A stretch of DNA of 63,393 nt, the filler included, from Intoshia linei (taxonomy: Eukaryota > Animalia > Orthonectida): NCBI GenBank assembly GCA_001642005.1. It is 4 parts of 4 records of this genome, joined end to end, with 100 filler letters (N's around TTAATTAATTAA, not from the genome) between each part and the next. Parts side by side here need not be neighbours in the genome. Positions count along the whole stretch, not along the records: positions 1 to 26,135 come from LWCA01000486.1; 3 more parts are not named here. The stretch is one strand, 5' to 3'. The translations under genes were made by a program, and so were the position numbers. The notes below the pieces were generated by a model. The model was not told where the DNA came from, searched no databases, and saw nothing but the letters and a program-made list of their open reading frames with translations. Below are positions 12,001-25,459 of the stretch, piece by piece (position 1 is the first letter of the stretch; each line of letters starts with the position of its first letter).

Positions 12001-13593
12001 TGATTCTGAATCCGACAAATGCCCAGTTTCTAAATAAAAATAAATAAATAACAAAAATTTTTAAATAAACTTTGCATATTGAAATTAATTTGGTCATTTT
12101 TAATTCTTACTTTAATAAAACAATAGTTATTAAAAATGTGTCCAACAATTTAGAAAACAGACTGACCAGAAATCTACTGTGATGCGCTCACAGTGAACCT
12201 CACAAAGATCCTCAAGTGACGTTCTGCTCAGTTAGAGCGATTGGTTGTCGAACAAAACTTGAGATCCAAAAAACAAAATTGTGTGTCCCAACCGGGGTAG
12301 AGTCATTTTTGTGTTTTCCAATCTGATACGAATCGATGAAAATAACAAGTACAGTACTATATATACATTAATATATGCATGTTAATTAATTATATTACAA
12401 AAACATACTTTGATTAAACTTTGCCAAGTACTGTTTATTTTTTTCAATTTTATTTCTTATGCACTGTTCAATTTCGTCATAATTTTCATTACTTGCAAGT
12501 GAGTCATTTCTGTAAGCGTGCTCAGTAGAAATGGAAGACAACGTCCCATCTTCACGTTTATTTTGAAAACCCTGATCTCGATCGGCTGCTTCGGCAAAAA
12601 ATTGCTGGCAATTACCGTCAAAAAAATTCTCATCATAAATAGACACACTATCAGAATCAGGTTGAAAATTTTCACTTTTATTCACATCCAGCTCCTTTTT
12701 TATTTTAATGGACTCGTTTAAACTATCATGAGATTGAATTTCGTCTTCAACAAATAAATCTTTTTCTACTTGAAAGGCGTGACCATCATCCTCAATATTT
12801 ACAGTGTCAAAATTTTCAAATACAAATTTATTATCAATACTTTGATAATTATCCAACGTACTAGGCAAATTCGGTTCTTCTTTATAGCCATTATAAAAAT
12901 TTAAAATATCATTATTTTCGTTATACAAATGCGATTCTAAATTTCTTGGGCTCTTGGAAATGTGATTAATCAAAACATTGTCGGAATTATCCGACACTTC
13001 CACATAAGTAGAATTCGATCCAATAACATTAAATTCATTTTCATCGCTTTTAATAAAATTATTCATAATAATAGTATCATCAGATTGAGTTTCAATTTTT
13101 TTTGATTTTGTTTGTTGGCCGTCCATCTTTTCACCTTGGAACACTTTTTCACCATCTCCATCTAAATATTCATTAGTTTCATTGTGATGTAAATATAAAA
13201 CATTATTACCATCTCTCTTGACCTTATGAAGAAGATTTCTAAAAGAAGAAAAAACATGTTGGTTTTCTAAAGCGGTAGTGGTAGGTTTGTTATATTTTAC
13301 ACTTGATAACATTTCAGGGCACACGTTCATATTTACGGATGTATACGATACCTATCAAAAATGTATTTATATACATTTTAATAAAAATACACTGGTGGTT
13401 TTGGGTGGCTTAATTCTGTTCTCATTTTCTTTATCATCCTTACTAGAAAATATTGCTGATCTAAATAAATTAAATTAAAGTAAATTTTTTTTAAAATGTA
13501 CACTATGCGTTTGAAAAATGATTTTTTTCTGTTGGAGGTGTAGTTGTCGACATAATTTATATTTGACAAATTATAAAACAATTCCTGATTCAT
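9087..13593 (-). CDS. CEP350/CAP350-like protein with DUF4378-like C-terminus
   Basis: Multi-exon: small exons from 13593, large exon ~13351-12406, small exon ~12028-11960, then ~10050-9777 and ~9740-9087. C-terminus RVDCLVTDHFINETERWTQFNKEKNMVISTVNDSIVSYLVADLVNEL resembles the CEP350 tail. Middle exon joins not fully resolved. Confidence 0.6.
10330..11700 (+). mobile_element. two adjacent Helitron-like non-autonomous repeats in an intron
   Basis: Second unit starts A|TCCTAACTTATATAA..GTTTGTGTGTCTG at 10873 and has three internal AAACGAGTTGGAGAATTTAAAAA subrepeats; homologous to 32351, 52156, 58767 and 61935. Confidence 0.55.
12215..12345 (+). mobile_element. possible tRNA-derived SINE head
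   Basis: GC-richer intronic island with A-box-like GCTCAGTTAGAGCG and a degenerate B-box-like TGTGTCCCAACCGGG; no cloverleaf, single copy in the window. Confidence 0.3.
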
Positions 13594-14748
13594 TTCATTT
13601 TAATATAACCCAAAAATAAATGTATTTTTCAGAGTAAATATAAAATTTTATTTACTTTACGTATAAATGTAGTCTACTACATTTATACATTCTTGATTTC
13701 ATGGGTTTAATTAGTTTCTGTGATGTAAACGGGCAGTCAAATTTAAAATTTAAAGCAATTATTCTCAAACTGTGTGCAGTGCAACGTTTGTAAGTATTGT
13801 ACTTGATTTTTTCGCTTGAAATATCAACTTCCCATAAAATTTTTCCACGTATTTGTATATACAGTAGATTTACACTTGAAAATTATTGAAGGTATTGGTT
13901 ATAAAATAAAATGTTTTATAAACTTAAACCCAAACTTTTCGAAAATATAAATATAAATCTTAATTTGCGCCCATGTGCATATTTGTATTATATAAAAATT
14001 TTTCTAGCCTGCAACAGTGCTGACTAGCAGTGACATAGTCATTTACCTCAAAAAGACACTCAAAATTTTACTAACTATACCCCACAATGGTATAGATAAG
14101 CCCAAGACTGGTACCATCAGGGAAAAATCCGATTTACCAAACCCTATGAGAAATGTCCACTTAATCAAACCACAAAATAAAAAATACACTTTTTCCAATA
14201 TTTTCAGCGTTGTTGTCTTCGGTTAATTAAATTAATCGGTATGGAAAAAATCAGATTTTATCAAATCTTATAAGCAATAACTTCTTAAACCAAAACCTAA
14301 AATAAAAAATCCAAATTTACCAACCCTTAAATAAAAAATTAATTATTAATGAAAAATAACTTATTTTCAATATTTTTTTGAAAAACATGATTTTACGTAA
14401 TCTTATGAGAAAAAACCTTTCATTCTGTCATAAATGTTTTATATTTCCTTTGGGGTCCAAAAAAAAATATTTTTAAATAGGGGTCCGTACACTATTTGAA
14501 TCTGTAACCACTACTCTAGAGACTGTAGTCAAATGTACTCAAAATAAAATTAAATAACGCTGGTTTACAAATTTTAATTACTTTTTCATGTTCGCAAAAG
14601 GGAAAGCTACATTTTCATTGAACACCTCAGACTCTGATTTGTATTCTAAAATATATCATTTAAATCAGCGTTCAATAATGAATTTTCGTCATATACCCAT
14701 TTGTAATATATGAATCCTAAGGAGGCATCAAAAATAATAAATACACTA

Positions 14749-14910
14749 CAGTGCCCGACATAATTCTTAGGCATCCCAATTGTAATTAATTTAAACACTC
14801 CTGGTTTATGATTTAAGACATTTTCTTATATCATATCTAGTGTATGATCAAGAACAAATATTTAACAACCCTAAAAAAGTAAAAACTATAAAAAAATTTT
14901 TATAATTAAT
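14749..14910. mobile_element. isolated terminal segment of the Tc1 element
   Basis: TA|CAGTGCCCGACATAATTCTTAGGCATCC is the inverted match of the end at 20312; the next ~120 bp recur at ~18868-18985. Confidence 0.8.
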
Positions 14911-15848
14911 GAANCATGAATATTTTATAATATAACTTTATTTTTAATGTAATCAAATAAACTTTTTAATTTTGTTAAAAAAACGACATTACTTATGAAA
15001 CGACCTAATATAAATTGTTTTTATCATGGTATATACGCTAATGTAAATATTAATATTTTTAATTAGTTAATTTTCTGTTAAAAACATTTTAATATATTTT
15101 ATGTGTAAACCACTTAAACGGTTCTAATCCATGTTTATTATGGCTTGGGGTACCAAACCGGTTTTTGGGGTGCCAGAAAATGTTTAAATAAAAATTATTT
15201 ACAGCTATTTTTTTAAACTTGAATTAAGTTAAATTCTATTTAATTTAACATTTTTAAATATTAAATATTTTAATACGTATATTAGGATTGTAGCGTTGTT
15301 ACCTAGTAACAATACTATTCCTAGTGTACTTTGGTAGTGCTGTGTATTCCAATACCATATAAGATATTGACTGCTTGATAGTAGCAATGTTTAGTGTACA
15401 GTCCTTATTATTATATTCTATGTATATTATAGGATTCACAGCCAGTCCTTTTGACCAAAAATCCTCACATTAAAAGGATGTTCCATTTTTTTTATTAGAA
15501 AAACCCATTTTGCACGTGGATGCCTTTTTTGATTTTAAGCATTTATCCAAAAAAATGAAATCGATTAATATTGATAAATCTTACAAACAACAGTGTTTTA
15601 TATGTTCAAAGGTTTTTTCTAATTCAAATTTAAAGTCATTTTTAGCAATTATTTATTAGTAGGTATATTCTTAATTTTTTTAAAATTTAAGTTTATTACA
15701 TTTTTGAAGTGCCAAATCTAATTTTTTTGAATTAAAGAGTGCCAAGTGCAAAAAAGTTAAGAACCCATGCTCTAATTGGTAATTTAATGGTAAATCTAAG
15801 AACTTTCTCTGCATAAAAGCGAAATAAATCTAACCTAAAATAATAAAT

Positions 15849-17600
15849 TCACATAATGATGAATCCCGTGTCATACAACGTAGAGTCCTTTGGGATGCAC
15901 TTTAAAGAAAAAAGAAAATAATTTAAAAACATACCTCAACACCAGATTTAATTTCGTTGACCTTAACAACATCAAAATTAGGACACGTTTGTAAATTTAC
16001 ACTAATAGTATCAAATTGGTTAGCCTGTTCATCATAATATACATTACAAAATTGATTCTTCATATCAGTATAAAGCAATTTAATTCTTTCAGCGTAACTA
16101 AACTGTTTAATTCTATGTTGCGTGAGACTAAACAGGGAAATGACATAGAGAAAATCATTATAAAGACAACGATTTTTCAACGTATTTTCAATATAAATCA
16201 AAAGATAATAAATACCACCATAATCATTATTTTTGCATTTGATATACAATTCAACAAACACATTCAACAGAAAAAAATACTGAGTGTTGCCAACGCATGC
16301 CTCTAAACGACAGAGAAAGCCTCTCACAAGATAAACCTTCATTAAATTTTCATCAACCACATTGAAATTTGCATTATTGGCTTCAGAATCAACATTCAAA
16401 GCTTTTAAAATTATCGACTTGTTTAAATTAAAATTTTTTTTTATGATGAAAAAATATTTCATATCCAAAGTGTGTATCAATTTGTCAAAAAATTGAAATA
16501 TCGAACATTTGGTTTCTTGATCGTAAAATACATGTGGAAAGTTTTTAAGTAAAGACAAAACAATTTTTACATTTTTGACATCACCGCAGCAATTTACGCT
16601 AAGTAAATAATAGTCTGAAACATGTGTTAAAATATGTTCGTACGGTTGATTAAAATCAATTTTTCTTTTATTGATGCACCATTTTTCGTGGGCTTTATTA
16701 AGAAAAACGTTTACATCGATTTTCAATTTTTTTTTATCATCTCTTTGAATTTTACGAAAAATATAGTGTCCCAATTTTTGACCAAGTTCTGGAGTGTCGA
16801 TTTCATTTTTGGGAAAATTTGAATAATTTCTGACGGGTGCTGTTTTTGTAAATCGACGGAATCCTGAGCCGAATTTAGAAGACTTTACAGTAAATTTATC
16901 AATTTTTTGCAAAAATTTTTTTAATTTTTCGTTGCTTACTGAAACTTCAGTATATTTTACATTGGAAGGTAAATTGTTTTTGATACTACTAATTTCATTC
17001 TTGGCGTAAATTCTTTCACTATATCTAACATTTTTTGGTTTTGGTAGGGTTTCATATTTACGAAATTGATATTTTCCTTTTCTAGGTCCTAATTTTTCTA
17101 AACCTTTTCCATTCCGTTTTATAATTCGAATAACGTTTTTTTCAGGTTTTTTTTTCTAAATTTAAAATTGAAATAAAATATAAATTTACACAATGTTTAG
17201 TTCATTTTTATCAATATCAAAAAAAGAAATCTTTCAAGCCTTGATATATTACTGAGGGTGCTTATAATATAAAAATTACTGTCTTTAAATAACTTATATT
17301 TATGTGAATATAATATCAGGCATTATATATAAGAAATAGTTTACCGTTGTATCAACAAGTAGTTTATCCGTCAAATTAACCTAAATATATTTGAATTGAT
17401 TATACATTAATTTAAAAATTACTTCCAATTCATTAGAATCAATCGGATAATAAATCTAAAAATAATTATATTAATTTCTTTATAACAATTGTTATTATAT
17501 TAATTTGATTCAAATTTTGACCGAAAGATGCTAATTTTTAATTTTAAATAAAAATTTTTAAATTTCACTTTGTTCAGCGTATAATCTTTTTCAACTAATA
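15849..17600 (-). CDS. hypothetical protein, possibly GON4L/PAH-domain-like
   Basis: Large exon ~17156-15934 (frame is open upstream of the listed ORF), micro-exons near 17345-17380, 17423-17455 and above, last exon ~15899-15849. VRGFLCRLEAC and LSLLKNFPHVFYD recall GON4L PAH repeats from memory; start not resolved. Confidence 0.55.
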
Positions 17601-18867
17601 TTTATATAAATTTTAATAAAAAATTAAAACATAATTTTGGTTGTCACAATTTTTTATTCCAGAAAATGTTAAAAATTTAGATAAACCAGACAACAAACCT
17701 ACCAGTAAACTAATACAAAATATTTTAGGGGAATGCAGTTTTAAAGGAAAACTGATTAAATTTTTATAACTTCACCGACTAATAATATAGATGTTCTCTA
17801 TTTATATAGTCATGTAATCACTAAATAAGGTCATATTTGATTTTAATATAGTCATTATGTTTATTATTAGTCATAGTAATTATGACTATATTAAATGCAA
17901 ACATGACTATATAGAGAAAATCTATATACTATTTAATAATTATCATTATTAAACAGTAGTATTAAATAATGTAACAATAATAATGATAATGTAGTAAAAT
18001 GGATAAAACGTTGCTATAAAATTTAGAAATAAGTTTTTGATGGACCGACAACAAAGAAAACATTTGGAATGTTGAGGCATAAAAAAATTTGATGTTTAAA
18101 TTAATTAAATCTTTTGATGACTATTCAGTGACACTCGATGATTATAATTATTAACTAACCACAAATTTAAAAACTAAACGTAATAATCCGTTTGAATTAT
18201 ATTTAAAGGTGGGGAATCTAGAATAGATACACAATATTTATTAATTTAGAATAAAACATACCTTTTTAAAATAACAATTTCCAATTAAAAAGTAAAAATT
18301 TTTGACAAAATTTGGAGTGTGCAATACAAAATCATTCAACTTTTCTAGTTTATTATACATGGCAGTTTTCTATAAATAACTGTTAATAAAAATTGAAATA
18401 CACAAACAGTGAGACTGAAAGATATGAACAAAATATCCGTTTTGGAGTTGTACAGTAGTGTCACATTTAAATTTTTTTTAGAAATTCAAAAACATATCAA
18501 TTAAGAAAAAAATGAAATTAAACTTAAATTTAATTAATAAGGTAATTTAACGGTCAAAAACCCTAATTACCCTTTTTTTAAATGAAAACTGCCCTAGATA
18601 TGTCAAAAAAATTACACCATATAGTTATCTCCAGTTTTAACATATAAAAAGATGACGTTTTGGAGTAAATTATGATATTTTTTAAGAGTAAAAATCGGTC
18701 CAGAATTTACTCTCTCTCGCATAACTATTATAAATTAAAATTTTTAATTAAACGGTAACACTCACACATACATTCAATTTTATATAAGTAAAGGATTATA
18801 AAAAATTGAATCTAAGGTGGAAAAAGTCGTCACGGTACATCTCTGATATGTAATTTTATGTACAATT

Positions 18868-20312
18868 TTAATTAATTTCCACACTCCTGGTTCATGATTT
18901 AAGACATTTTCTTATATCATATCTAGTGTATGATCAAGAACAAATATTTAACAACCCTAAAAAAGTAAAAACTATAAAAAAATTTAATAATTAATGTAAT
19001 ATAGGTATTTTTAAGTAAAATTGCAAAATTCCGAGCGACATAAGTCTTAGGCATCTATAAAATAATACAATTCTTCTGGGCAATTAAGTATACAACCCTT
19101 AAATATTTGTTTAGAAGTACGCGGTCCATTCGTCGTGTATATATCTCCATAGTTCTTCTAAGTTGACTGGATGTAGCTTATAAACCGTATCTTTCAAATT
19201 TTTCACATGTCTTCAATATTTTTTAAATCTGGACTTTGTAACGGTCAATCTTTTAATTTTTTTATACGATTACCCCTTATCAATAGACGGATTGTCTTTG
19301 CTGTTTGACAAGGTTCACAATCTTGATGTTTCTTCAATCCATCCAAAAATGTTATTCGTTTGCTTTTTTAAAGATTCTCTGGTATTCTTGAGCATTTATT
19401 CCTCCTATACACTTTATTAATACTCTTTTTCCATTTGCCCTAAAACCACTCAAATCATATTTTACTGGGTTTTTGTAATACTTCTACTTATCTACGTTGA
19501 TACGTTTTCGAACGTATACTCTTCCTTTTGTAAATAATTCAAATCAACTTTCATCAGTGAAGCTTATATTTTTCCATTGGTTCGTCCATGCCACTTTTTA
19601 CTTACACCTTTTAAAACGGTTTGTTCTGTGAAATTTTTTAAGAAACGGTTTTCGACTTGCAATTCTTCCGTATAATCAAAATTTATATAACACACGTTGC
19701 ACCGTCCTTAAACTAGGCTTTTTTGTAATGTTGGTGTGTATTTTAACCTTTAATACTGTCAAGCAAGGGTTTTTCTTTGATTCCCTTATTATAATAATCT
19801 CTACTCTGGCTGTCAGCATGCGTTTCGATTTGATCTTGGCAAGTAAGCTATGCATAAATCCTTTTTGTATTTTTTAATAATATTTTGAAACGCACATCGA
19901 TAAATACTTAAGGTTTTACTTATAAAACCCTAACTTTTTCCTTGCATTAAGACACGGCATTATATCTTTTTTTGTCACTTATTCCGTCATTTACTAAACA
20001 AATAGTTATTTTTAATTTATAGATCATTAGTAATTCATTACCTTTTTCGTTTTTATGGATATTTAATTAATTTTAATTGAAATTATCAAGGTGCCTAAGA
20101 CTTATGTCGTCAATATTTTTAATATCGCAAACAAAACCGTATTAAAATGTATCTTTTTATAGGTAGTTTATGACATCAGCATGGTTATATATTGGTGAGA
20201 TGATTCTTTAATTAATCTGATATTTAATTTCAAGTTTAAGATTCGCCTTATTAACTTTATAGTGGCTTTTAATGAGAATGTGTAGGGTGCCTACGACTTA
20301 TGTCGCGCACTG
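18868..20312 (-). mobile_element. decayed Tc1-family transposon with IR/DR ends
   Basis: Outer end ...ACTTATGTCGCGCACTG|TA (20312); inner repeats GCGACATAAGTCTTAGGCA at ~19035 and inverted at ~20090-20110; encloses a transposase pseudogene. Confidence 0.88.
19060..19990 (-). pseudogene. Tc1 DDE transposase pseudogene
   Basis: Reads SRKPFLKKFHRTNRF..WKNISFTDES*FEL, QDCEPC, D*PLQSPDLKNIEDM* (cf. WPxQSPDLNPIENLW); many stops and frameshifts. Confidence 0.88.
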
Positions 20313-20361
20313 TAGTTTAGAGATTATAAAAAATGTAAAAAAATTTTCGCAGTTAAACATT

Positions 20362-23017
20362 TTACATCAAAATGTAATTCTTTTCTAGACCAATACTCAT
20401 CCAAAGTCTCATATTGTTCATTTGTTTAATATCTCCCAATTTGGGAACCACTAAACCCACAGAATATAATAAATTTACCTTAGAGACAGTTAATAGACAA
20501 TTAAATGCGCATTTTATAACATGAGCCTGTTTAGTAACAAAAAGTAATCGAACTATTCTATCATAGCATAATGGACATTTAAAACGACGATACACATTAT
20601 ACAACAATTTAAAAAGTCTAAAATAAATAATCTAACATGTAAATATTTTTTAAAAATCTATTATAACTATCAAAATCATACTCTTTTTCTTCAGAGTAAA
20701 TATCATACATTGCCCTCTTTATATTAATGTTTTTTATTTTAGCTGTTCCAATGGGTACCAAATCAGAATATAAAAATATGAGATTGTTGGTTAAGCACTT
20801 TAAAATTTGGTACGGAAATGGCAAATAATAATGACCTAAAATGTATAGTTAAAAGTTTAAATATACAATATCACATGGACATATAGTAGGGATGTCCAAA
20901 AAGTTTTTCCATCGCACACTATATGTTATACACACTATGTACTTCAAACATGTCATAATATCCCCTTTTTTAATTCCAATAATAAAAAATGCAGTGGATT
21001 GCAATTGAAGAATCATATAAAATTTTGATAAAAAAATATTGGAAAATGGAATCTTTCCCTTAAAGGTTGGTCAAATTGGATTTTTTCTTTTAGGGTTGGT
21101 TATTTTTGATTTTCTCTTTTGGAGTTGGGTTTAGTGGCGCTTAATACTTAATAAGATTACATTAATTCCTGAAATAATACATTACTTTAGCGATGGACCC
21201 ACTAAAGAAGCACTGGATATAAATAAATTACATCGCATTTCACTGTAGTGGACAATAAATATTAAATTACTTTTTAAATAACGACGATTAACTTGAACAT
21301 AATTAACTTCCTTTATAGATAATAATAACGATTCATCGAAAGATTGAACAAACGAAATTGCCAGATAAATATTAAAAGTATGAAAAGCTGAAGTACAGTT
21401 AAGATTAAAGGTATTATTAATATATTCCCCTGTGTGTATGTTTTCAATCTAAATTACAATTATGACGTGATTAATGGTCAACTAGAAAAAATGAAATTAA
21501 ACCTTTTTACCATCAAATGGGAAAAAATGAATATCAAATAAAATGTAAAATATAGTTTCGACAAAATTACCAAAGTATTGAGAAGGTGTTGTCTAATATT
21601 GCTAAAAGACTTGACATTGCTACAAATGACAATTAAACTACACATCAATTGAATATTCTAAATTATGTACATCAATTAACAAGAAATTAAATCCATAAAA
21701 TGCTTCAAGTTAGTTAAAATTATTTTAAAGTGGACAAAATGGCAAAATAACCAATTTCCTAATTCTTCAATTAGTATAATCAACAAATATAAGTAATTAA
21801 ATACTTGTTCTTTTTGTTTGGTATAATATTTTTTTTGTACATCATTAAAATAAGGAGTGTAATATGGTTTAGCAATAATATTCTTTATATCACTAACAGC
21901 GACCCTTAAAATGTAAATAGATACAAATATACATTTACATACTTTGAATTTTCTTTGATAACTACACAGTCTTTCTCTGGCACTGAAAAAACGGAACAAT
22001 AAACAGATGGAATAAATATTTCAGCGATAGAAGGTGCAATGTGTACAACTGTTTCATTCTGTGTGAATTCTAAAATACAGTACATTAAAGATTCAAAAAG
22101 ATAAACAAGATGAAATTTAGTCGTCTGAAATTAATTATATATTCAGGACAGTGGAGAGAGAGCTAGAGCCATATGGCCGACCTAATATCATGAGGGGTTT
22201 AATATTTTAATTTATTAATATGTAATTTAACTTATTTTTAAATTTTACGCAATAAACGATCGATTAAACAAAGTATAGACGTCCCATTTTTAAAAAATAT
22301 ATAGACCTACAATTTTCATCTGGCCCGGTCTATGCTGGCTCTCATGTACATACTCCTGTCTATACCGTGAATATTTTGGAAATTGTTATCCGTAACTGCA
22401 ATCTTATCCAATTTTTCAATGTTTTCCAAATCAGCTTCACAAATCCTACTCAAATTATCTCCAAATTTAATAGTATTTAAATTGTCATAATTACAAAAAC
22501 CACCAAAACTATCCAATTTTTCGAAATCGTCAAAATCATGGACAGTGATATTGTTGAAATTGATATCATAGTCATTATTTTCAATATTTGAAAAGTTAAA
22601 ATTTGAATCTTGATTATTTGCTAGTGGATTTGTATTGGTATGTGGTTCAATTTCAAATTTGTTATTGATTTGGGGTATAGACTCAATGCTTGGATTTTCT
22701 AACCAAAAAGAATCTTTCCACAAAATACTTTCCATTTCTGGGTTAGGAATTGCATCTAAACTATTTCTACCTTCAAGAAATTTATCAATTCTATCATTTG
22801 TAGTGTCTAAATAATTTTCATGTTCGTTTTCTAGCGGTGAATCAAGATGATCATAATTTGACTTTATAGTTAACCAGTCTTCAATATCCAAGTTTAAATC
22901 AAAATTGTCAAGTTTAGGTTGAATCGGTTGGTTTGTATTGGTTTTTTCATTTTGGTCTATTTCATTGAGGAGTTTTATTTTATTTTTTTGTTTATTACTT
23001 TTTGTGTGTCTTTTCAT
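20362..23017 (-). CDS. hypothetical multi-exon protein
   Basis: First exon 23017-~22364 (acidic, Asn-rich) ends at a GTATAG donor; further AG/GT-bounded coding-like blocks near 22068-21942, 21903-21804, 21448-21271, 20835-20362. No recognisable domain; joins partly unresolved. Confidence 0.55.
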
Positions 23018-23648
23018 ATATTTTCAAATAACATACTACACTAGAGAGTTTTTGTTTTAATTATTTCATTGGTTTTTTGTCGTAATTAAAACGCAACTAT
23101 AGTTTTCAGTTATTTTTAATAAATTTATATTGATATTTAAAAAGAACTGCAAATTAAATTAGCAACTACATAAAATCAAAGACTTTATTTGATTTAAAGT
23201 ACATGTACTAATGTAAATTTCAATTTTTATGTAGATCTGTCAGGCGATGGGATATCATTTTAAATCTTTAGAGATAAACCAGATTTTATTAAACATTACG
23301 AGAAAAAACATCTTAATCCAACCCTAAAATAAAAAATCAGATTTTCTGACCCTTTATCAAGTGGAAAAAGTGGATATTTCAGATACTTTCTAAAAAATTA
23401 AAAATATGACTAAAAATTTGATTAAATTGTTTTGACTTTAGTCCAGGGGTTCCTTTTTTACGGCGGACTGTAATAAATTATAAAATGTATAGACTCATTA
23501 CTTAAAAATTACTCAAAATGAAAAAAATATTAATAAAACGAATATTGATCATCAAATAAAATTTTGATGTAGTAGGTGAGTTACTATTAGTTACTAACAG
23601 GTCTTTACCTCTGAGAACCTCAAGATTTGAGGATAAATCGAACGCAAC

Positions 23649-24096
23649 TAGAGGTGGCACAAAACTCAATAAGTTTTGTGTTGAGCATGCTCATTGTGCA
23701 AAAAAGTGCACAATCGTGAGTTTGTGTTAAGTATTGTGCAAAATTTTTTTCGAGCTTGAGTACTGTAATGAGCATGGTACAAAAAATTTTTGAGCTTGAC
23801 TTATTAATTAGCAGAAATTAATAATTACATTTCTTATAATATAGAAATTGATTATGCAATCAATGCATTAAAACAGTGGAATATTTTTAAAGAATCAATG
23901 CCTGTTATTTCAGATTGCTACGGTTATATTGGTAATTCCCTGCTCCCAAATATCTGTAGAACTTTCCTTCAATATTTTAAAAACTATAGATAGTTGCAAG
24001 AAAATAAAAATGAGTTTGACAAAATTTGAAATTGAGTATTGTGCAAAAAAATTTTTGAGCTTGAGTATTGTGTTGTGCCCATAATTTCCACCTCTA
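23649..24096. mobile_element. hAT-type MITE nested in an older element (~23443-24487)
   Basis: TIRs TAGAGGTGG / CCACCTCTA, perfect 8-bp TSD AACGCAAC, internal TTGAGTATTGTGCAAAA subrepeats. Confidence 0.85.
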
Positions 24097-25300
24097 AACG
24101 CAACCAAATAAAAGTTGAATAATGAAACGATTGTAAAGTTTGAATGCATTAATATAAAAAAAATGCTACAACTTTAAATTAATTTATATGATTACATGAA
24201 TTTTCTAAAATAATGGGCGATTTTCACTTTGAAAGTAAGTTGCCATTGGCAAGTTTATGAAATGCTGAGTGACCATTGCTCATGATTTTTAAAATTCTTA
24301 ATTATTTTCATTTTAAAAAGAGTAATTTGGTATTTTATTAAGGAAAATGCTAATTCTTGGGTTTATTTACTTTTTGTATCTAAAAAACTGATTTTAAATA
24401 TTTTTTTAATTTCTGGAATGTTGATTCTCTAAATAAATTATCAGACACATTTTTAGCAATTCACGGGCCGGCATTTGGAACCCTCTGAAGAATAGATACT
24501 GATGTAGTAACAGTTAATACTATTAACTTAATTCACTGGTTAGCCAATATTTAAAAATAATATTTACTCAGAGTAATAAAAATAATCTAACGCGAAAAAT
24601 GAAATCTAAAATAATTTTCACCAAAAATATGTAGGCCGAGACACGACTATTTCAGTTTACAAAGTCAATTAAAAAGGTTGAAAACCGTAGTACAAGTTAT
24701 CTACAATATCATTTATATACAATTTATTGAGACAATAAAATTTGATTAACTTTTTTAAAATTTGTATAATATTTCAAAAGTGAGCAATTTTCAATGTCCA
24801 GTTTTGATTCCCATTCACTCTAAAATTATAAATTAATTATTTAAAATTATCAAAAAATTAAATATTAAATTAGCTTTACCATCAATTTACAGTTGGGTCC
24901 AAACTAATATTCCTACTGAAAATGCTACTAAACTAATCTACAGGAAAACAGACTAACCGTATACGGTTAGTAATTCGATTGAGTACTTCAGACTGAACCG
25001 GAACTACGTTAAAAACAAATTAAAATTTTGATACACGGCCATGGTTTTTATTATAATTTCTTAAATAATCATATAAACAAAAATTGCATTTACTTCTATT
25101 TGTGGGAAGTACGACAAAATTAAAATAATTATTTAATTATAATTCATAATGCCAATTTAAAATATTTTTTAACTACTCCCAGTTTAATTATAGCCAATTA
25201 AGTTGTAAAATTTGATTTGTCAAGTGAATTTTTAAAATTATATTTTGGCCTTAAATTACAAACAAATATGTAGGCCACGGGCACACCAGATAATCATTAC

Positions 25301-25459
25301 AAGTATATTATTTACAATTTTAGCATTGTCCATAACATCAAAGGTAATATCATTTCTTTGGTTGTTGATGTAATCCACATGACTCATAATAGCAATTAAG
25401 GTTTTTTTCACTTTTTCACGGTAACGGAAAAATTTTTTTGATGATTTTAAATCATGTAA
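25301..25459 (-). CDS. isolated DOCK-like exon, opposite strand to the rest of DOCK
   Basis: AG/GT-bounded 159-nt phase-0 exon LHDLKSSKKFFRYREKVKKTLIAIMSHVDYINNQRNDITFDVMDNAKIVNNIL, similar to the DOCK1 segment ending ..LLDYR..ENRMSCTVNVL. Confidence 0.5.

Noticed and set aside
12215-12310. tRNA gene
   Set aside because: Only an A-box-like segment; no T-arm GTTC or acceptor stem.
6600-16822. Short antisense or alternate-frame ORFs (6600, 8217, 9836, 12457, 12518, 13278, 16016, 16634)
   Set aside because: Shadows of real exons on the other strand or frame; no motifs.
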